A DNA stretch of 64,000 bases. It comes from the human T2T-CHM13v2.0 reference genome, Homo sapiens. Location: the NCBI RefSeq assembly GCF_009914755.1, contig NC_060927.1; one strand, written 5' to 3'. This document shows positions 30,330 through 46,368 of this stretch, in pieces. Numbering within the stretch: position 1 is the first letter of the stretch; each line of letters opens with the position of its first letter. The position numbers and the translations under genes are program-made. The notes under the pieces were generated by a model. It had not been told where the DNA came from, made no database searches, and was given only the letters and a program-made list of their open reading frames with translations.

Positions 30330-30579
30330 TTAAGACAGAGTCTGGCTCTGTCACCCAGGCTGGAGGGCAGTGCTGCGATCTCAGCTCACTGCAACCTCTG
30401 CCTCCCAGGATCAAGCTGGGACCACAGGCATGCACCACTACACCCAGCTAATTGTATTTTTTGTAGAGACAGGGTTTTGCCATATTGCTCAGGCTGGTCT
30501 CGAATTTCTGAGTTCAAGCAATCCACCTGCCTCGGTGTCCCAAAGTTCTGGGATTACAGGTGTGAGCCACCGTGCCTGG
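30330..30579 (-). mobile_element. Alu (J/S) with internal deletion, embedded in old L1-like fragments
   Basis: Reverse Alu consensus. Confidence 0.8.
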
Positions 30580-31076
30580 CTCGTAAATATATTCTTATTC
30601 CGAAATATACATTCATTGTACAAGAGTTAGGATAACATAGAAAGGCACAGAACAAAATCTTCCCCTTACCTCACTGTGAAGCTACCACTATTAACATTTC
30701 AGTTTTTTCATTCCAGTCCTTTCTTTTAGGCATACAAACTCTATCATTTTTTCTCATCTGTTTTTTTGACTGAGAAAGTCAGGATTCTTTTTTTCTAGGC
30801 AACTGTGTACTCTACTACTAAATAATTTTTTATTGCCCTCTGTTAGGATTCTTTATATGGATGTACCATAATTTGTATAACCAATCCTCAATTGTTGGAT
30901 ATTTAGAATGTTTTCAATTCTCACAAGCACAAATAGTTCTTTAATAAATATCCCTATACCTAAATAGTTTATAAACACACAAGTTTATTTCTTTAGAGTA
31001 AACTGAACAAATTCTAAAAAGTGAAATTGCTAGGTCAAAGAATACGAAGAAATTAAATACTTTTTATATGTAGATT

Positions 31077-31117
31077 AAAGTAACAGCAAAAATCACAATT
31101 ACTTTTGCACCAACCTA
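31077..31117. mobile_element. MADE1 (Hsmar1-derived MITE) half element
   Basis: gcaaaaatcacaattacttttgcaccaaccta matches the mariner terminal inverted repeat; the partner arm is absent. Confidence 0.8.
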
Positions 31118-31172
31118 CTAGGACCCATCTCCAATCTACTTATATTAAATATTTACAAATACTATACATGTT

Positions 31173-31470
31173 GGCCGGGCGCCGTGCTCATGCCTGTAAT
31201 CCCAGCACTTTGGGAGGCCGAGGCGGGCAGATCACCTGAGGTCAGGAGTTCAAGACCAGCCTGGCCAATATAGCAAAACTCTATCTCTACTAAAAATACA
31301 AAAATTAGCCAGGCGTGGTAGCAGGCACCTGTAGCCCCAGCTACCCGGGAAGCTGAGGCAGAGAATCACCTGAACCTGGGAGGCAGAGGCTGCAGTGAGC
31401 TGAGATCACACAACTGCATTCCAGCCTGGGTGGCAGAGCAAGACTCCATCTTAAAATAAATAAATAAAAA
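31173..31470 (+). mobile_element. Alu (Sx-like)
   Basis: Full-length; flanked by tatacatgtt on both sides. Confidence 0.92.
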
Positions 31471-31851
31471 CAAACAAACAGATATACATGTTACCATTCC
31501 AACATTTCATATATATGTAAGTTTGAAACTTGAGACACCCCCATTCCTTTCTCCAAAAGTATCCAAGGATTTTAGTTTCTTGTGTATCTGTCCAAGGATA
31601 TTTTATTGATAAAATTTGTGAAAAAGGAAGAAAAAAAAAAACAAATCAAGTGTGAGTTTGAAATGAAAGTTATAATATTTTCTTCCTACCCTAGTGTTTT
31701 ATCTTGAGCATTCCAGGTTGAAAGGCTTTTCATATGTAATTAATGCCCCAGAAAGGTATTTCCAATTTACTTGAATGAGAATTTTCAAAGGACACAGTTA
31801 TGTACTGGCAACTTATCCCTGGCCTCTCGCCTATCAGGTCTTCTCTTCTTC

Positions 31852-32155
31852 TTTTTTTTTTTTTTTTTTTTTTTTGAGACTGAGTCTCACTCTATTGCCC
31901 AGGCTGGAGTACGGTGGTATGATCTCGGCTCACTGCAACCTCTGCCTCCTGGGTTCAAGTGATTCTTGTGCTTCAGCCTCCCCAGTAGTTGAGACTACAG
32001 GCGTGTACCACCACACCCGGCTAATTTTTGTATTTTTAGTAGAGATGGGTTTTCACCATGTTGGCCAGGCTGGTCTTGAACTCCTGACCTCAGGTGATCT
32101 GCCCATCTCGGCCTTCCAAAGTGCTGGATTACAGGCGTGAGCCACCATGCCTGGC
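31852..32155 (-). mobile_element. Alu (Sx-like)
   Basis: Flanked by aggtcttct on both sides. Confidence 0.92.
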
Positions 32156-33647
32156 CAGGTCTTCTTTTAGTCCCTGTAAAAGGGGGAAGAGTTGAGCCTT
32201 GGTGGGCAGGGAGGTAGACCACTTTGTAGACCACTGATTTGTGGACCATCATTTCATAGAGTTTTCTTTGCAGAACAATGATCTAAAGAGATTCAGTCAA
32301 AACAAAAACAAAACAAAACAAAACAAGAACAACAAATCAATTTTGTTCAGGGAGGCTTGGGAAATGTTATATTCTGCATTTGTGTTTTAGATATTTGTAA
32401 AGCACAATTAGCTTTGAGAAACTCTGAGAAATTCTACACTAAAGAAACCAGTTTTTTAACCTAACCCTCCCCAATCTTAAATAATTCATATTTTGGGAAA
32501 TACAGAGCTAAATATTAAAGAGCAGCCTCTGGAGTCAGTATACCTGGATTTCAGTGTCAGCTCCATTCCTAACTTAGGTGATACTGAGCAACTTAGCCCA
32601 TATCTGATAATAATGTCTACCATATGCAATTATTGAGAAAATTAAATGAGGTTTTATACATATATATGAGGCTTTATTATATCTATATCCATAGATATAT
32701 GTGGTAGGATGGTACATGGCACAGAGTAACCCTCAATAAATGTTAAACAGTATTATTCTCATAACTCATGGTTAACTGCAGAAATATTTAAAGAAAAACA
32801 AAGGCAATGATAAAATGCAGTATGTTTACATAATGCAGTACATTTACATGTACTACATTTTAAAAACCATTTTCAAGATAGAAACCGTTATATTAATGGC
32901 AATAAACAAAAGAGCTTTCAAAATCTTGTTGCTTTTACAGAAAGGAACTGAGAGACTTTTAGGTGGAATTATGTATAAAGAAAATAGAAAACCACCATTT
33001 GCATATAAATATGAAGCTCCCCCAAGAAAATGATCTGAAAGGTGGCTTGTAAGCTTTTAGATTCAAATTCTCTTCTGATGAATTCCACTTATTTTAATGT
33101 GATCAAAATGCTTTTGATGATCGAGCTGATTTAGGAATTTCTGTAAGGAGTGCTCCTTCATCTGACTTGCATCTTGCTGAATGAGCGTAGGCAGTGGGTA
33201 AATCTCTCCCAGCTGCTTCTACTGTGCATTTTATCCATATGCTGACAGGGAGGGTTTTGCTGGTGTAATTAGCCTCATTTGACACAGAGATGATTTAGTT
33301 GTGCTTTCTCTTAATGATGTTCCAGTGCTGCCACCTCAACAGCTTCTCACATCAGAATCCAGCTATGATACCAAAAGAATGTAGCTAGCTGTAGGATAAT
33401 CGACAGAATATTAGAGCCAGATAGGGCATCACAGATCATCTGGTTTTGAATCAGAGTCTTCAGGGGAAGTTATTAAGTATATTGTCTCTCTGGACCCCAC
33501 CCAGAAGCAACTCAGGTCTGGGCCCAGGAATCTGTATTTTGTGAAAGCGCTCCAGGTGATCCTGATGTGTAAATAAGTGTGAGAGTCACAGAGCTACTGC
33601 AAGCCACTCATTTTATAGATCAGGCTCAGTGAGCTTAAGACACATTG

Positions 33648-34260
33648 CACTCATTCATTTATTCAGCAGTATTTGCCAAGTGCCTAGTTGTGCTATATGC
33701 TGTGCTAGGCGCTAGGAATACAAGAGTGGTTGAGACAAAGTCACTTTCCAGTGATGAAGACAAGTAAATAATTGCTGGTTGCATTAAATGCTGTGGAAGG
33801 AGATGAAAACTACATTTTAGATAATCACAGGGGAGACCTACCTTGGTTAGGGAAGTTAGGAAAAGCCTCTCTGAGGTGGTAACACCTAATGAATGAAATC
33901 AACCGTAGGATAGGAGGGAACAGCAATCTATGCAGAGGGAACCAAGTGCAAAGTCCTTTAGACAGGCAAGATCTTGGGCTTTTCTAGGCAGTGACGCAAG
34001 GTGACACTCACATAACTGGACTCTGTTGTGCAAGGAGGAGATGAGGACAGGGACCTAGGCAGGGGCTAGATCAGATAAGTCTTTATGACCTGGAGTGAGT
34101 CGGATTTCATTCTAAGTGTCATTGGAAACCATTGGAGAGTTTGAAGCACAGGACTAACAGATGATTTACATTTCTAAAAGATCACTTTTGCTGCAGGCTG
34201 GAAAATGGACTGGAAGGGTTAGGGAACAGGCAAGAATAAAATCAGGAGATAAGTGAAGAC
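33648..34260. mobile_element. L2 fragment
   Basis: cattcatttattcagcagtattt...gtgcctag...tgctaggcgctagg...ggattt-cattctaagtg...aagatcactttt-gctgc. Confidence 0.7.
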
Positions 34261-34655
34261 CCCAGTCTCCTGACAGCTCTTAACACTCAAGGCTCTTTCA
34301 GTGTTTAGATGATCTCAGAGGCCCTGGGTGTTTTGTTTTGTCGTCACAAATAAGGCTTATAGTGTGCTGAGGAAACACCAATGTTTCTTTCTACAGCTCT
34401 GATCTTCAGTGATTACAGTGTTTTGCCACATCCCCATACCCCCTGCTTCACACACCCACCCCCTGCAAGGAGTATACTAAATTTTAATAGAGAAAAAGCT
34501 CATGCCAAATAATAATAATTTCTGGCTAAATCTACAACTGAGAAATTCTAATATTTTAAAATAAACTAGAAAAAAGAGTTACATGCATGTTAACTGATCT
34601 CTGGTGAAAGATTAACATTAGTTCATAGTAATAACATATATTTATGTAGAAAAAT

Positions 34656-34660
<5 letters not shown>

Positions 34661-34700
<40 letters not shown>
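34661..34700. repeat. (AC)20 microsatellite
   Basis: Seen directly. Confidence 0.95.
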
Positions 34701-34704
<4 letters not shown>

Positions 34705-34845
34705 ATATATGCTTGAAGATGCATAGAATAGTCCTAGCAGGATACACAATAATGGTTATGTCCTGAAGTAAGGTTATCTGGAGTGGGGAGGGGAAGTGGG
34801 CGGCTGGAAGACAAGTTTAAGAGGGAGAGTTTCCACTGAATACTA

Positions 34846-35154
34846 TTTTTGTTTTGTTTTGTTTTGTTTTTGAGACAAGGTCTCACGTTGTCACCCAGGC
34901 TGGAGTGCAATAGCACAAACATGGCTCACTGCAGCCTTGGCTTTCCAGACTCAAGGGATCCTCCTGCATCAGCACCACAGGTAGCTCAGACTACAGGTAA
35001 AAGCCACCACGGAAGGTTAACTTTTTTTTTTCTTAGTAGAGATGGGTTTTTGCCATGTTGCCCGGGCTGGTCTCAAACTCCTGAGCTCAAGCAATCTGTC
35101 TGCCTCGACCTCCCAAAGTGCTAGAATTACAGGCATGAGCCACCATGCCTGGCC
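34846..35154 (-). mobile_element. AluJ with (TTTTG)n tail
   Basis: Flanks tgaatactatttt / tgaatactgtttt. Confidence 0.88.
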
Positions 35155-36859
35155 TGAATACTGTTTTGTACTTTGAAAAAACAACTGTCTCTTTTCTTGT
35201 ACCAGCCTGCAGATTTCCTCATTTTTTGCTCAAGTTCAATTAGGATTTTTTGTGACTTGCAGCTTGAAGGAGTCCTAATATACTCTCCCACTTAAGTCCC
35301 TTCAATGATTTTCTATAGCCTAAGGATGAATCCTAATTTCCTGACATGGCCTCAAGATCTAGACTCTGCTTCCTTTCCCAGTTGTGTTTCTCAGTCCCTG
35401 TCTCATGCTGTTTCAAACACAACCAACTTGAGGACCCCAAGGGGTGAAACTCCCTGTCATGCCCAAGTTTTGTGCAGCTTGTTCCAGTTCTGAAGTTACC
35501 TCCTCCAGGAAGCCCTCCTGGACCTGAAAACTGGGCTTGGTATTGCTCTGATGTCCTTGCCTAGAGCTGGGCACGTGTCCCCATGGTGTTGTCATTGCCA
35601 TTTCACTGATCAATCTTTCCCCTAGGGACTGTAACTCTGTGAAAACAAAGTTGACCTTCTTTATCATGTCATCAGTAATGCCTAGCATAGTATTTAGTGA
35701 TATAATTTTTTTGCAGCTAATCTCTTAATTTTTTAACCACAGAAATATCCAAACTGTGCAAAATAGTGGGCATTTCAAAACATCTGACATCTGCTTCATT
35801 TGGTCTTCATATCTGAAAACCTGAAATAATAACTTGAAGTCAATAAAGCAAGATGCTTCGAACATAAGACTTGGGAGTCAGACTGGATCCAAATCCTGGT
35901 TGTGCCACTGACTGGGAAACCTAGGAAGTTCCTTCTCCCAACTGTGTCCGTTGGCTCTGTTTGAACAGTGGAAAAGCAGTTTAATTCATTGGTTAAACCC
36001 AGAGGCTTCAGATTTAGGATGTCTGGTTTCAGATACCAACTCTGCCCCATCCTAACTGTGCCATTTGGGTCAAGTCAATCTCTCCCTTCTCGGTTACTTC
36101 ATCTGTAAATATGAGATAATAAACATACCTACTTTATAGGATTTTTGAAAAAAACTAAGTGACAATCCATAGTAAACTCTTAGTAAACATTACTATACTT
36201 TCACAAGTAAATTGTGTCACTCTTTTCTGCCTAGAAAGTGCCTGATATCTCACAAATATTTGTCCATGACTGAAAAATGAGTGACTTTTCCATTTTACTT
36301 TTTCTAAAACAGCACATATAATATATGCATAAAAATGTTTAAAGGTTAATACATTTATGAAAAGTTCTGATAAGAGGAAGCACTTCTTTCTTGTATCCAC
36401 TTATTTTTCCATTCTACATTCACTCAGGATGTGAAGGCTGTGGATAAGTCATCCCATCTCTTTCTTCAGCTTCAAACCACTGGCTATAAATTGACACAAC
36501 TATAAACGGTTTCCAAATGTCACTAAATAAATCAGTTCTGTCCTGTTTGTGGTATGCTATTCTCTTGTGCAATTCCATCTGGATCACCAAGGTTCTGCCC
36601 ACTGGCTGCAAATTGCCTGAAGATTTTGTGAGTGTAATATAAATGCCTAGCTCTCTCCTCAAATTTCCCTGACCCATAGCTGCAAGGCCTCAGGATGGGC
36701 TCTGAAATGTATGAGGCAAGTGCTTCTCTAAAGTTAAGACACCCAGACTGCCTTGCCTCCACCAGCCCCCAGGATAGCTTGAATTACAAGAGGTTATGTA
36801 TTACTTTACCTTAATTTTTTTTGTAAGCCATCTCAAAAATTCTTAAATTAAATTGGTTT

Positions 36860-37543
36860 TATTTTTTATTTTTTTAATTTTATAATTATTATACTTTAAG
36901 TTTTAGGGTACATGTGCACAATGTGCAGGTTAATTACATATGTATACATGGGCCATGCTGGTGTGCTGCACCCATTAACTCATCATTTAGCATTAGGTAT
37001 ACCTCCTAAAGCTATCCCTCCCCCCTCCCCCCACCCCACAACAATCCCCAGAGTGTGATGTTCCCCTTCCTGTGTCCATGTGTTCTCATTGTTCAATTCC
37101 CACCTATGAGTGAGAATATGCGGTGTTTGGTTTTTTGTCCTTGTGATAGTTTACTGAGAATGATGATTTCCAATTTCATCCATGTCCCTACAAAGGACAT
37201 GAACTCATCATTTTTTATGGCTACATAGTATTCCATGGTGTATATGTGCCATCTTTTCTTAATCCAGTCTATCATTGTTGGACAGTTGAGTTGGTTCCAA
37301 GTCTTTGCTATTGTGAATAGTGCTGCAATAAACATACGTGTGCATGTGTCTTTATAGCAGCACGATTTATAGTCCTTTGGGTACATACCCAGTAATGGGA
37401 TGGCTGGGTCAAATGGTATTTCTAGTTCTAGATCCCTGAGGAATCCCCACACTGACTTCCACAAGGGTTGAACTAGTTTACAGTCCCACCAACAGTGTAA
37501 AAGTGTGCCTATTTCTCCACATCCTCTCCAGCACCTGTTGTTT
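36860..37543 (-). mobile_element. 5'-truncated primate L1 (L1PA3/4-like): ORF2 C-terminus, 3' UTR and A tail
   Basis: ORF 37093-37464 is the L1 ORF2p end (...PFDPAIPLLG...FSLIGGN*); G-rich 3' UTR tract; ctaaatgatgagttaatggg rather than the L1HS ACA/ACG signature; short ttggttt flanking duplication. Confidence 0.95.
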
Positions 37544-37605
37544 GGTTTAGTTTCACAGGTAGATCAATTCTATGTATTTCTGAAGTGTGTTAGGATGTTG
37601 CTTCA

Positions 37606-37830
37606 GTGCTACTAATATAGTTATTATACTAAATAGTACTGCTAATACCATTACTGCTATCATCACCACCACTACTGGTACTATTATTATTACAACCTCT
37701 GCTACTGAAACTGGAACTGTTACCAACTGCAACTGTTACCACAGCTATTGCTGCTGCTACTGCTGCTGTTGCTACAATTATTAATATCATTATGACATTC
37801 CTCCTGCTGCTGCTACTACTGGTGCTGTTA
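37606..37830. repeat. Degenerate (ACT/GCT/ATT)n trinucleotide low-complexity tract
   Basis: ctactgctgctgttgctac-type periodicity of 3. Confidence 0.8.
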
Positions 37831-37878
37831 ATTTTACAGTTTCACTGCTAACATTTATTGATCACTTAACATTGCTAA

Positions 37879-38239
<361 letters not shown>

Positions 38240-38588
38240 GAAAGATGGATATTTTTGTTAACCTTCTTTCATAGATACTAAAGCTGAGGCATAGGCATTT
38301 GAACTGAAGACAGTCTCTAAAAGTCAAAGCTCTTAATCAGTGTCCTCTATTGCTTCCTCAGTTTAGCAGAGATGGCACTCACATACCTAAAAGGCTGGAA
38401 TTACAAAGCACAGGAAGCAACTGCTCTTGTTGGTACAAATAAAAAACGGTGAAGTCTGGCAGAATTTGAGTAATCAGCAGCAGAAATGCTACTGTCGTCA
38501 GACACCTATTGAGAATGTTGAGACATTGGCTGTAAATATTATTGGATCAAATTATTCGGGAGAATGTTGGGTTCAAGAAAGCTAGAAA

Positions 38589-38854
38589 GGCCAGGCGTGG
38601 TGGCCCACACCTGTCTTCCCAGCACTTTAGGAGGCCAAGACGGGCAGACTACTTGAGCCTAGGAGTTCAAGACCAGTTCTGGCAACATGGCAAAACCCCC
38701 TCTCTACAAAAAAATTAGCCAGGTGTGGTGGGACATGCCTGCAGACCCAGCTACCTGGGAGGTTGAGGTGGGAGGATCACCTGAGCCTGGTGGGTGGGAT
38801 TGCAGTGAGCTGTGATCGAGCCACTTGCACGCCAGCCTGGTTGTCAAAGTAAGA

Positions 38855-38920
<66 letters not shown>
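38589..38920 (+). mobile_element. AluJ with tail replaced by (CT)n(CA)n
   Basis: Flanks aagctagaaa / aagctagaga enclose the Alu plus microsatellite. Confidence 0.88.
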
Positions 38921-39444
38921 AGCTAGAGAGCTTACTTAACCAAAAAGACTTAAACATGCCAATGAGAATTATGAATTTCTAAACCGAGAAAAATAGCCTT
39001 TTTTGAACTGATGACCACAAAAAAAAGCTTTATTCTATGGGACATATTATGACTACTATTCCTTAGAACACATTTTGTGAATGTTGATCTAAGTCAAATG
39101 AAGTCAAGAAAACAATATATATTATGTGCTTGCATAGAAAAAAAGATTGGAAGGAAATACTCTAAAATGTTACAATCCAGCTGGAGGAATTACCAATGAT
39201 TTTTATTTTGCGATCAAACCATTTTTGTATTTCCATAGAACAAATAAATGCTGCTTACATTTTAAAGCACAGAAAATAACTGCAAATAATCTTTAAGTTG
39301 ATTTCAGAATAACTGCTTTAATTTTCCTACTAACCTGGGCTATGAGCAGCCTACTAAAACAGGTGAAAAATAAATGTGGGTCTGATCAGATTTGCAGAAC
39401 AAAATACTGTAACTCTTAACTCTCTGGCATCTTTAAAATAACCC

Positions 39445-39803
39445 TGATATGGTTTGGCTGTGTCCCCACCCAAATCTCATCTCGAATTGTAATCTCCACG
39501 TGTCCAAGGAGGGGCCTGGTGGAAGGTGAATGAATAATGGGGCAAACTTATCCCTTGCTGTTCTTGTGATAGTGAGTTCTCAAGAGATCTGGTTTGAAAG
39601 TGCGTGGCAATTCCCCCCACCCTGCTCTGCCGTAGTAATATGTACTTGCTTCCCCTTCACCGTCAGCCATGATTGTAAGTTTCCTGAGGCCTCCCAGGCA
39701 TGCTTCCTGTACAGCCTCGGAAACTGTGAGTCAATTAAACCTCTTTTCTTCATAAATTATCTAGTCTCAGGTAGCTCTTTATAGCAGTGTGAGAACTAAT
39801 AAA
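39445..39803 (+). mobile_element. MaLR solo LTR (THE1D/MSTA-like)
   Basis: Starts tgatatggtttggctgtgtccccacccaaatctcatc; contains gagtcaattaaacctcttttctt; 5-bp duplication aaccc at 39440-39444 and 39804-39808. Confidence 0.9.
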
Positions 39804-40137
39804 AACCCATTCATATTTTTCTTTGACATTAGTAAAAACTGCAGGCAAATATCAAGTCTTTCTTTTTGAATATCTCAAAGATAAGACATTTCCCAACTAC
39901 TTTGACAAGAGTCCACCTTACCGAAGACAAAGATACAAAAATGTTTTTAAACTAGCAAATCTATGATTTCCTGAATGTTGTCCCCAACACATTTTACCAC
40001 ACAAATTGATTTCTTCAATCAAGCTGTGGAATTAATGGGAATTTACAATTAATTCAAAGCCAGGGTGGTTACACCACAGTGTGAATGTACTTAAAGCCAC
40101 CCACTGAACTGTACGCTTAAAAATGATTATTTGGTAA

Positions 40138-40533
<396 letters not shown>

Positions 40534-42034
40534 TAACCATATTTTCTTAAAAGCAAGAGTAAATAAATATATTTAGGTAAAATATTTTATTTTGAATGAT
40601 CCTCACAACTTGAGGAATTTAAAAGTGCATTCATAGCATTGTTCATGGGACAATGCTGAAAACGACCTAAATGCCCAGCAATGGGTTCTGATCTTATTTC
40701 TGCAAACTAATGCCACAAAACCTAATTTAAAAATTGACATAGGGTTATGGAATGGTGTCTGTAATTTATTAAGTGAAAAATGCTTGCTATTAAGTGGCAT
40801 ATTTTGTTACAAAATTTTAAAAACATAAAAACATATTCCATGTACGTATATGTTGTATATAAGCACAGAAAAAAATCTGACAGAATCTATATCAATATGA
40901 AACAGTGATCTTTGTTTTCTTCTTAAATATTCCCAAATCATGTGACTATTTTGCTAATGTAGATAGGATTTTATGATCAGAAAAACCTTCAACTATATTT
41001 TAAGTGTGTTGATACAGAGGTAATATCTTTATGGGGGCCATTTTATGTTATTAAATGTAGGACGTTATGTACTGGCATTAGCACAGTAGGAGGGCTAGAA
41101 GACTCCTCTGCTTTCTTCTCTTTAAAGGAAAGAAAACTTAAGAAGAGAGAGAAAAAAATTTTAAGAAAACGACAAAAAGTAGGTGGGTCAGGGAGTCAAA
41201 TTACGTAGGGGAATAACCCTATAATGAACAAAATCGGCATTTTGAATATTGTTTCACTTTAGAATAAACCAACTTATAGACTTAGATGAACTTTAATCAT
41301 TTTAACATGTTAAGATAAAGTATAATTTTAATGTATGAATAGGTAAACATGAAAAAATAAATTTAAGATATTAGAATTAAACAATATAGTTATTGAGATA
41401 AACCATGCAATGAAAGAAAAATGAGTGGGATTTTGAATTGGGACACAGAACTGAGATGTCCAGAATGCGGAGGGGAGCCAAAAGGTTGAAAGGTTGATTG
41501 AGGCATAGAGAATGATTCTAAGGCTCCCACATGTTTGAAATAAGAATTCCAGAATAAGAGATTGGAGGCAATGTTGAAGAAGCAATATGTAAAGAGAATT
41601 ATTGCTAATTTTCCAGAACTGAAGACAGACCTAAGTCCTTAGAGTGAAAGTATTTTCTGAATACTGAGCAAAATAAAATTGAAAACATCTTAAACCAACT
41701 GCAGTTTAAAAAAAAATTTGCACCTGGCCATACCTAGACAATTCTTGTAGTAAAACTACAGGATTTGAGATAAACTACCAGAGAGAAAAGACATTATCTA
41801 CAGAATAACAAAAATGTGAGTGACAACAGCTTTTGGGGGATTTAAGGGGAGGTCTTATACCTCATAATAGATGCAAAAATTCAGTAGAGTAATATAAACA
41901 CATGTCTGGGCAAGAGAAGCTCCAAGTTCAGTACAGTGGCCTCTCTGGGCAGAGAAAGAGTAGAGTCAAAGGAAGAGGGAAGCAAGGGCCCAACTATAAC
42001 TGCAATATTTCATTTTCTTAAAACAAATGTTTGA

Positions 42035-42975
<941 letters not shown>

Positions 42976-43308
42976 AAAAAGATGAATATTAAAAAATATT
43001 TAAAGCAAATAATTAGATTGACAAAGCTGCATGATATGACTACTAGTATTTATTATATACCCTTCTAGTCATTTTTTCTGAATTTTTTTAGAATTGAAAT
43101 TTTTTTAAAAAAAATTGATGGTATTAAGTCCATCAACAGAAGAATGAATAAACAAATTATGTTATAGGGATACAAAGGAAGACTGACTACTAAGCAATAA
43201 AAACAGATTTTTGCTATAAAAATAAAAACAGATTGAGTCAGAGAAGCTAGACAGAAGTATACATGCAGTAAGATTCCATTTCTGTGAAAATCAAGAGCAG
43301 GCAAAGTG

Positions 43309-43553
43309 AGGCTGGGCGCAATGGCTCACGCCTAAAATCCCAGCACTTTGTGAGGCTGAGGCAGGAGAATGGCTTGAGCCCGGGAGTTCAAGACCAGGCG
43401 AGGCAAAATAGACTCCATCTCTACAAAAAACAGAAAAATTGGCCTGGTGCAGTGGCGTGTGCCTTGTAGTCTCAGCTACATGGGAGGCTGAGGCAGGAGG
43501 ATTGCTCAAGCCCAGGAGGTTGAAGCTGCAGTAAGCTGTGATCATGAAAAAAA
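43309..43553 (+). mobile_element. 3'-shortened AluJ within an old L1-like fragment
   Basis: Flanked by aagagcaggcaaagtga on both sides. Confidence 0.85.
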
Positions 43554-44473
43554 GAGCAGGCAAAGTGAAGCCATGGAATTAGAAATTAAGAGTAGTTGCT
43601 TATGAGGAGTGTAGATTGACTGGAAAATTGGCACCAGGGAACATTCTGGGGTGGTAGCTACATCTTATTGGGGTGTTGGTTACATAAGTGAATACATTTC
43701 TCAAAAATAATCTGTTTTTACATTTAAGATGTGAGCATTTTGTTCAGTGTAAATTTTGCCTCAATGTATACATACATTCTAAACCAAAAGGTGAAGCAAA
43801 AAATATATATATAGGCTATTTACAAGTGGAAAAAAGAAATGCAGCTTTGGTGACATGGAACACCAGAGGACAAAGGCAAAGGGCACTTCAGTTGATTGAA
43901 ATGCAAGGAGAAATTTAGATAGCACAATTCTGTTACTCAAGAAGCATTCAGGACATTGGAGAAAAGGCCAGAGCTTCCAGAAACTTTAGAAGAGTAACCT
44001 GAAACCATATGCAATGTTTCAAGAATTTTATCAAATCTCACTAAAGTACAAACAAGCCTCCTCTTTGGTCCTTTTCCAAAGAGATGGCTGAAGAATATGG
44101 TCACTGGAAACAAGTTAATTCTCTCTTTAAAATAACTTGGCTTTAAGTATATATCATACATGTTCATCACAGAAAAATAGAAAATACAGATAAGCAGAAA
44201 AAAATAAATTGAAATCACAACAGGTAAACATTCTTAACATGTTGCATGTTTTTCCTCCATGCCCTTTTTATTTAAATGCTGTATTTTTTTCCTGTTAAGA
44301 TCATTTCCAATCTTCTTGATCATGTGGGCAAATCTCACTTTGCAGAAGCCTGTGGCTATCTTTGTTAGGGAAGATCTAACAATCAGATTGTCTAACTACT
44401 CATATTTGCTTCCTAGACTATGATGTAATCTTTTTCTTCCCACAAGAAAACATCTGCAAGTTTTTTCCCCCCC

Positions 44474-44632
44474 TTTTTTTGAGGCAGGGTCTCACTCTGT
44501 CACCCAGGCTGGAGTGCAATGCACAATTATAGCCTGCTGCAGCCTTGACCTCCCGGGCTGAAGCAATCCTCCCACATCAGCCTCCCAAGTAGCTAGAACT
44601 ATGGGTAAGCGCCAACACACCTGGCTATTTTC
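44474..44632 (-). mobile_element. AluJ right monomer (host of the AluYb8)
   Basis: Diverged, CpG-depleted right arm ending at the A-rich linker. Confidence 0.85.
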
Positions 44633-44940
<308 letters not shown>

Positions 44941-46368
44941 TATGAGCCACCACACTTAGCTGGTATGATCTTAAAATGCTTTTTACATTTTCTCTTTTTC
45001 TGAAGATGAGTCAAATTGTCATTTAAGAGAAATTAAATTTGACTTAGAATGTTTTCTTTAAGGGAGAAGTATTTCTCCATGAATGTTTCTTTCCTATGAA
45101 TATAAAATTACTGATACCTATACTTGTATATGAAACATGACCACAAATTGCTGATGAACATGATTTAAAAAAATGAATATACCAGAGTTTACACATCTAA
45201 ATGTGCCTATTCCCTTCTATAGTCTTTAGACGTGCACTTATCCAAATGGTTCTGCCAATTCATCCAACCATCTACACAATGCCTCTCTGAGAGCTGCCTT
45301 TAGACTATGGAGAATTCTGTAAAATATTTTCAATCAGGCTGTTCTTCATTAGAGTACAAGCTATGTAAGATCAGGAGGTATACCTCCCTCATTTACTTTG
45401 TTATCCCCAGTGCCTAGAAAACATGAAGAGGGACTCAAAACTGATGTGTTGAGTGAATGAACGAATAAATGGTAATAAATTTTCACTTACTAAGGTCAAG
45501 TTTTTATTGAAATAATTTGTAGTCTCCCAAGATGATGATTATTCTCCCTCCCACCCCTATCCTCTCCCTCTTTCCATTGTGATTGCAGGTTCATGAATAA
45601 GGTTTAGGGTGATATGTAGCAGGTTTGGGAAGGTAGGCAGTGTCTAATTGTAAAGCCTTGTGGACTTTACAATTTTATCAGGTTTATTCTCTATTCTAAA
45701 TGCAATTGAAAGCTACTGAAGAGAATTCCAAGGGAATGAAATGAGTTTTTAAGTTATTTATTAATTTATTTTTGAGACAGGGTCTCACACTCTCACACCC
45801 AGGCTGTAGTGTGCTGGTATAAACATGGCTCATTATAGCCTCAACCTCCCATGCTCAAGCGATCCTCCTGCCTCAGTCTCTTGTGTAGCTGGGAACACAG
45901 GTGTGCACCACCATGCCTGGATGATTCATGTTTTAAAAAAATCCCCGTGACTGTATGAAGAGAATCAATTTTGTGAGGACAAAAGTGGAAGGAGGGAGAC
46001 ATTTAAGAAGTTACTGTGAAAATCCAGAAGACAGAGGTGGCGACATGTACTAGAGAGGTCACAACAGCAAAAGTGAAAAGTGGATTGCTTCTGGATGTAT
46101 TTTGGTGGTAGGACACACAGGGCACCAGGAATCTAGTTAGGAGGAACTAGTCGGAGGGCGACTTCTACATGCCTTATAGAGATGAATAAATTCCTACTAT
46201 CTCAGCCTTCAAATTTCACAGTTTAAAACTCAAATTCCAGCAAATAGGCATCTGATTGGCTTAGCTAGGACACCATGACTGGCTGCTCCACAAACACTCC
46301 TATCTATTGGGGAAGATCTTAGAGCACCATCTGGTACTCTAAAAATTATTGATGTGCTGTTCTTAGGA

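Noticed and set aside
37093-37464. 123-aa ORF with real protein similarity
   Set aside because: It is the C-terminus of L1 ORF2p in a 5'-truncated insertion, not a gene.
37587-37784. Thr/Cys-rich ORF resembling a mucin or metallothionein
   Set aside because: Translation of a degenerate trinucleotide repeat.
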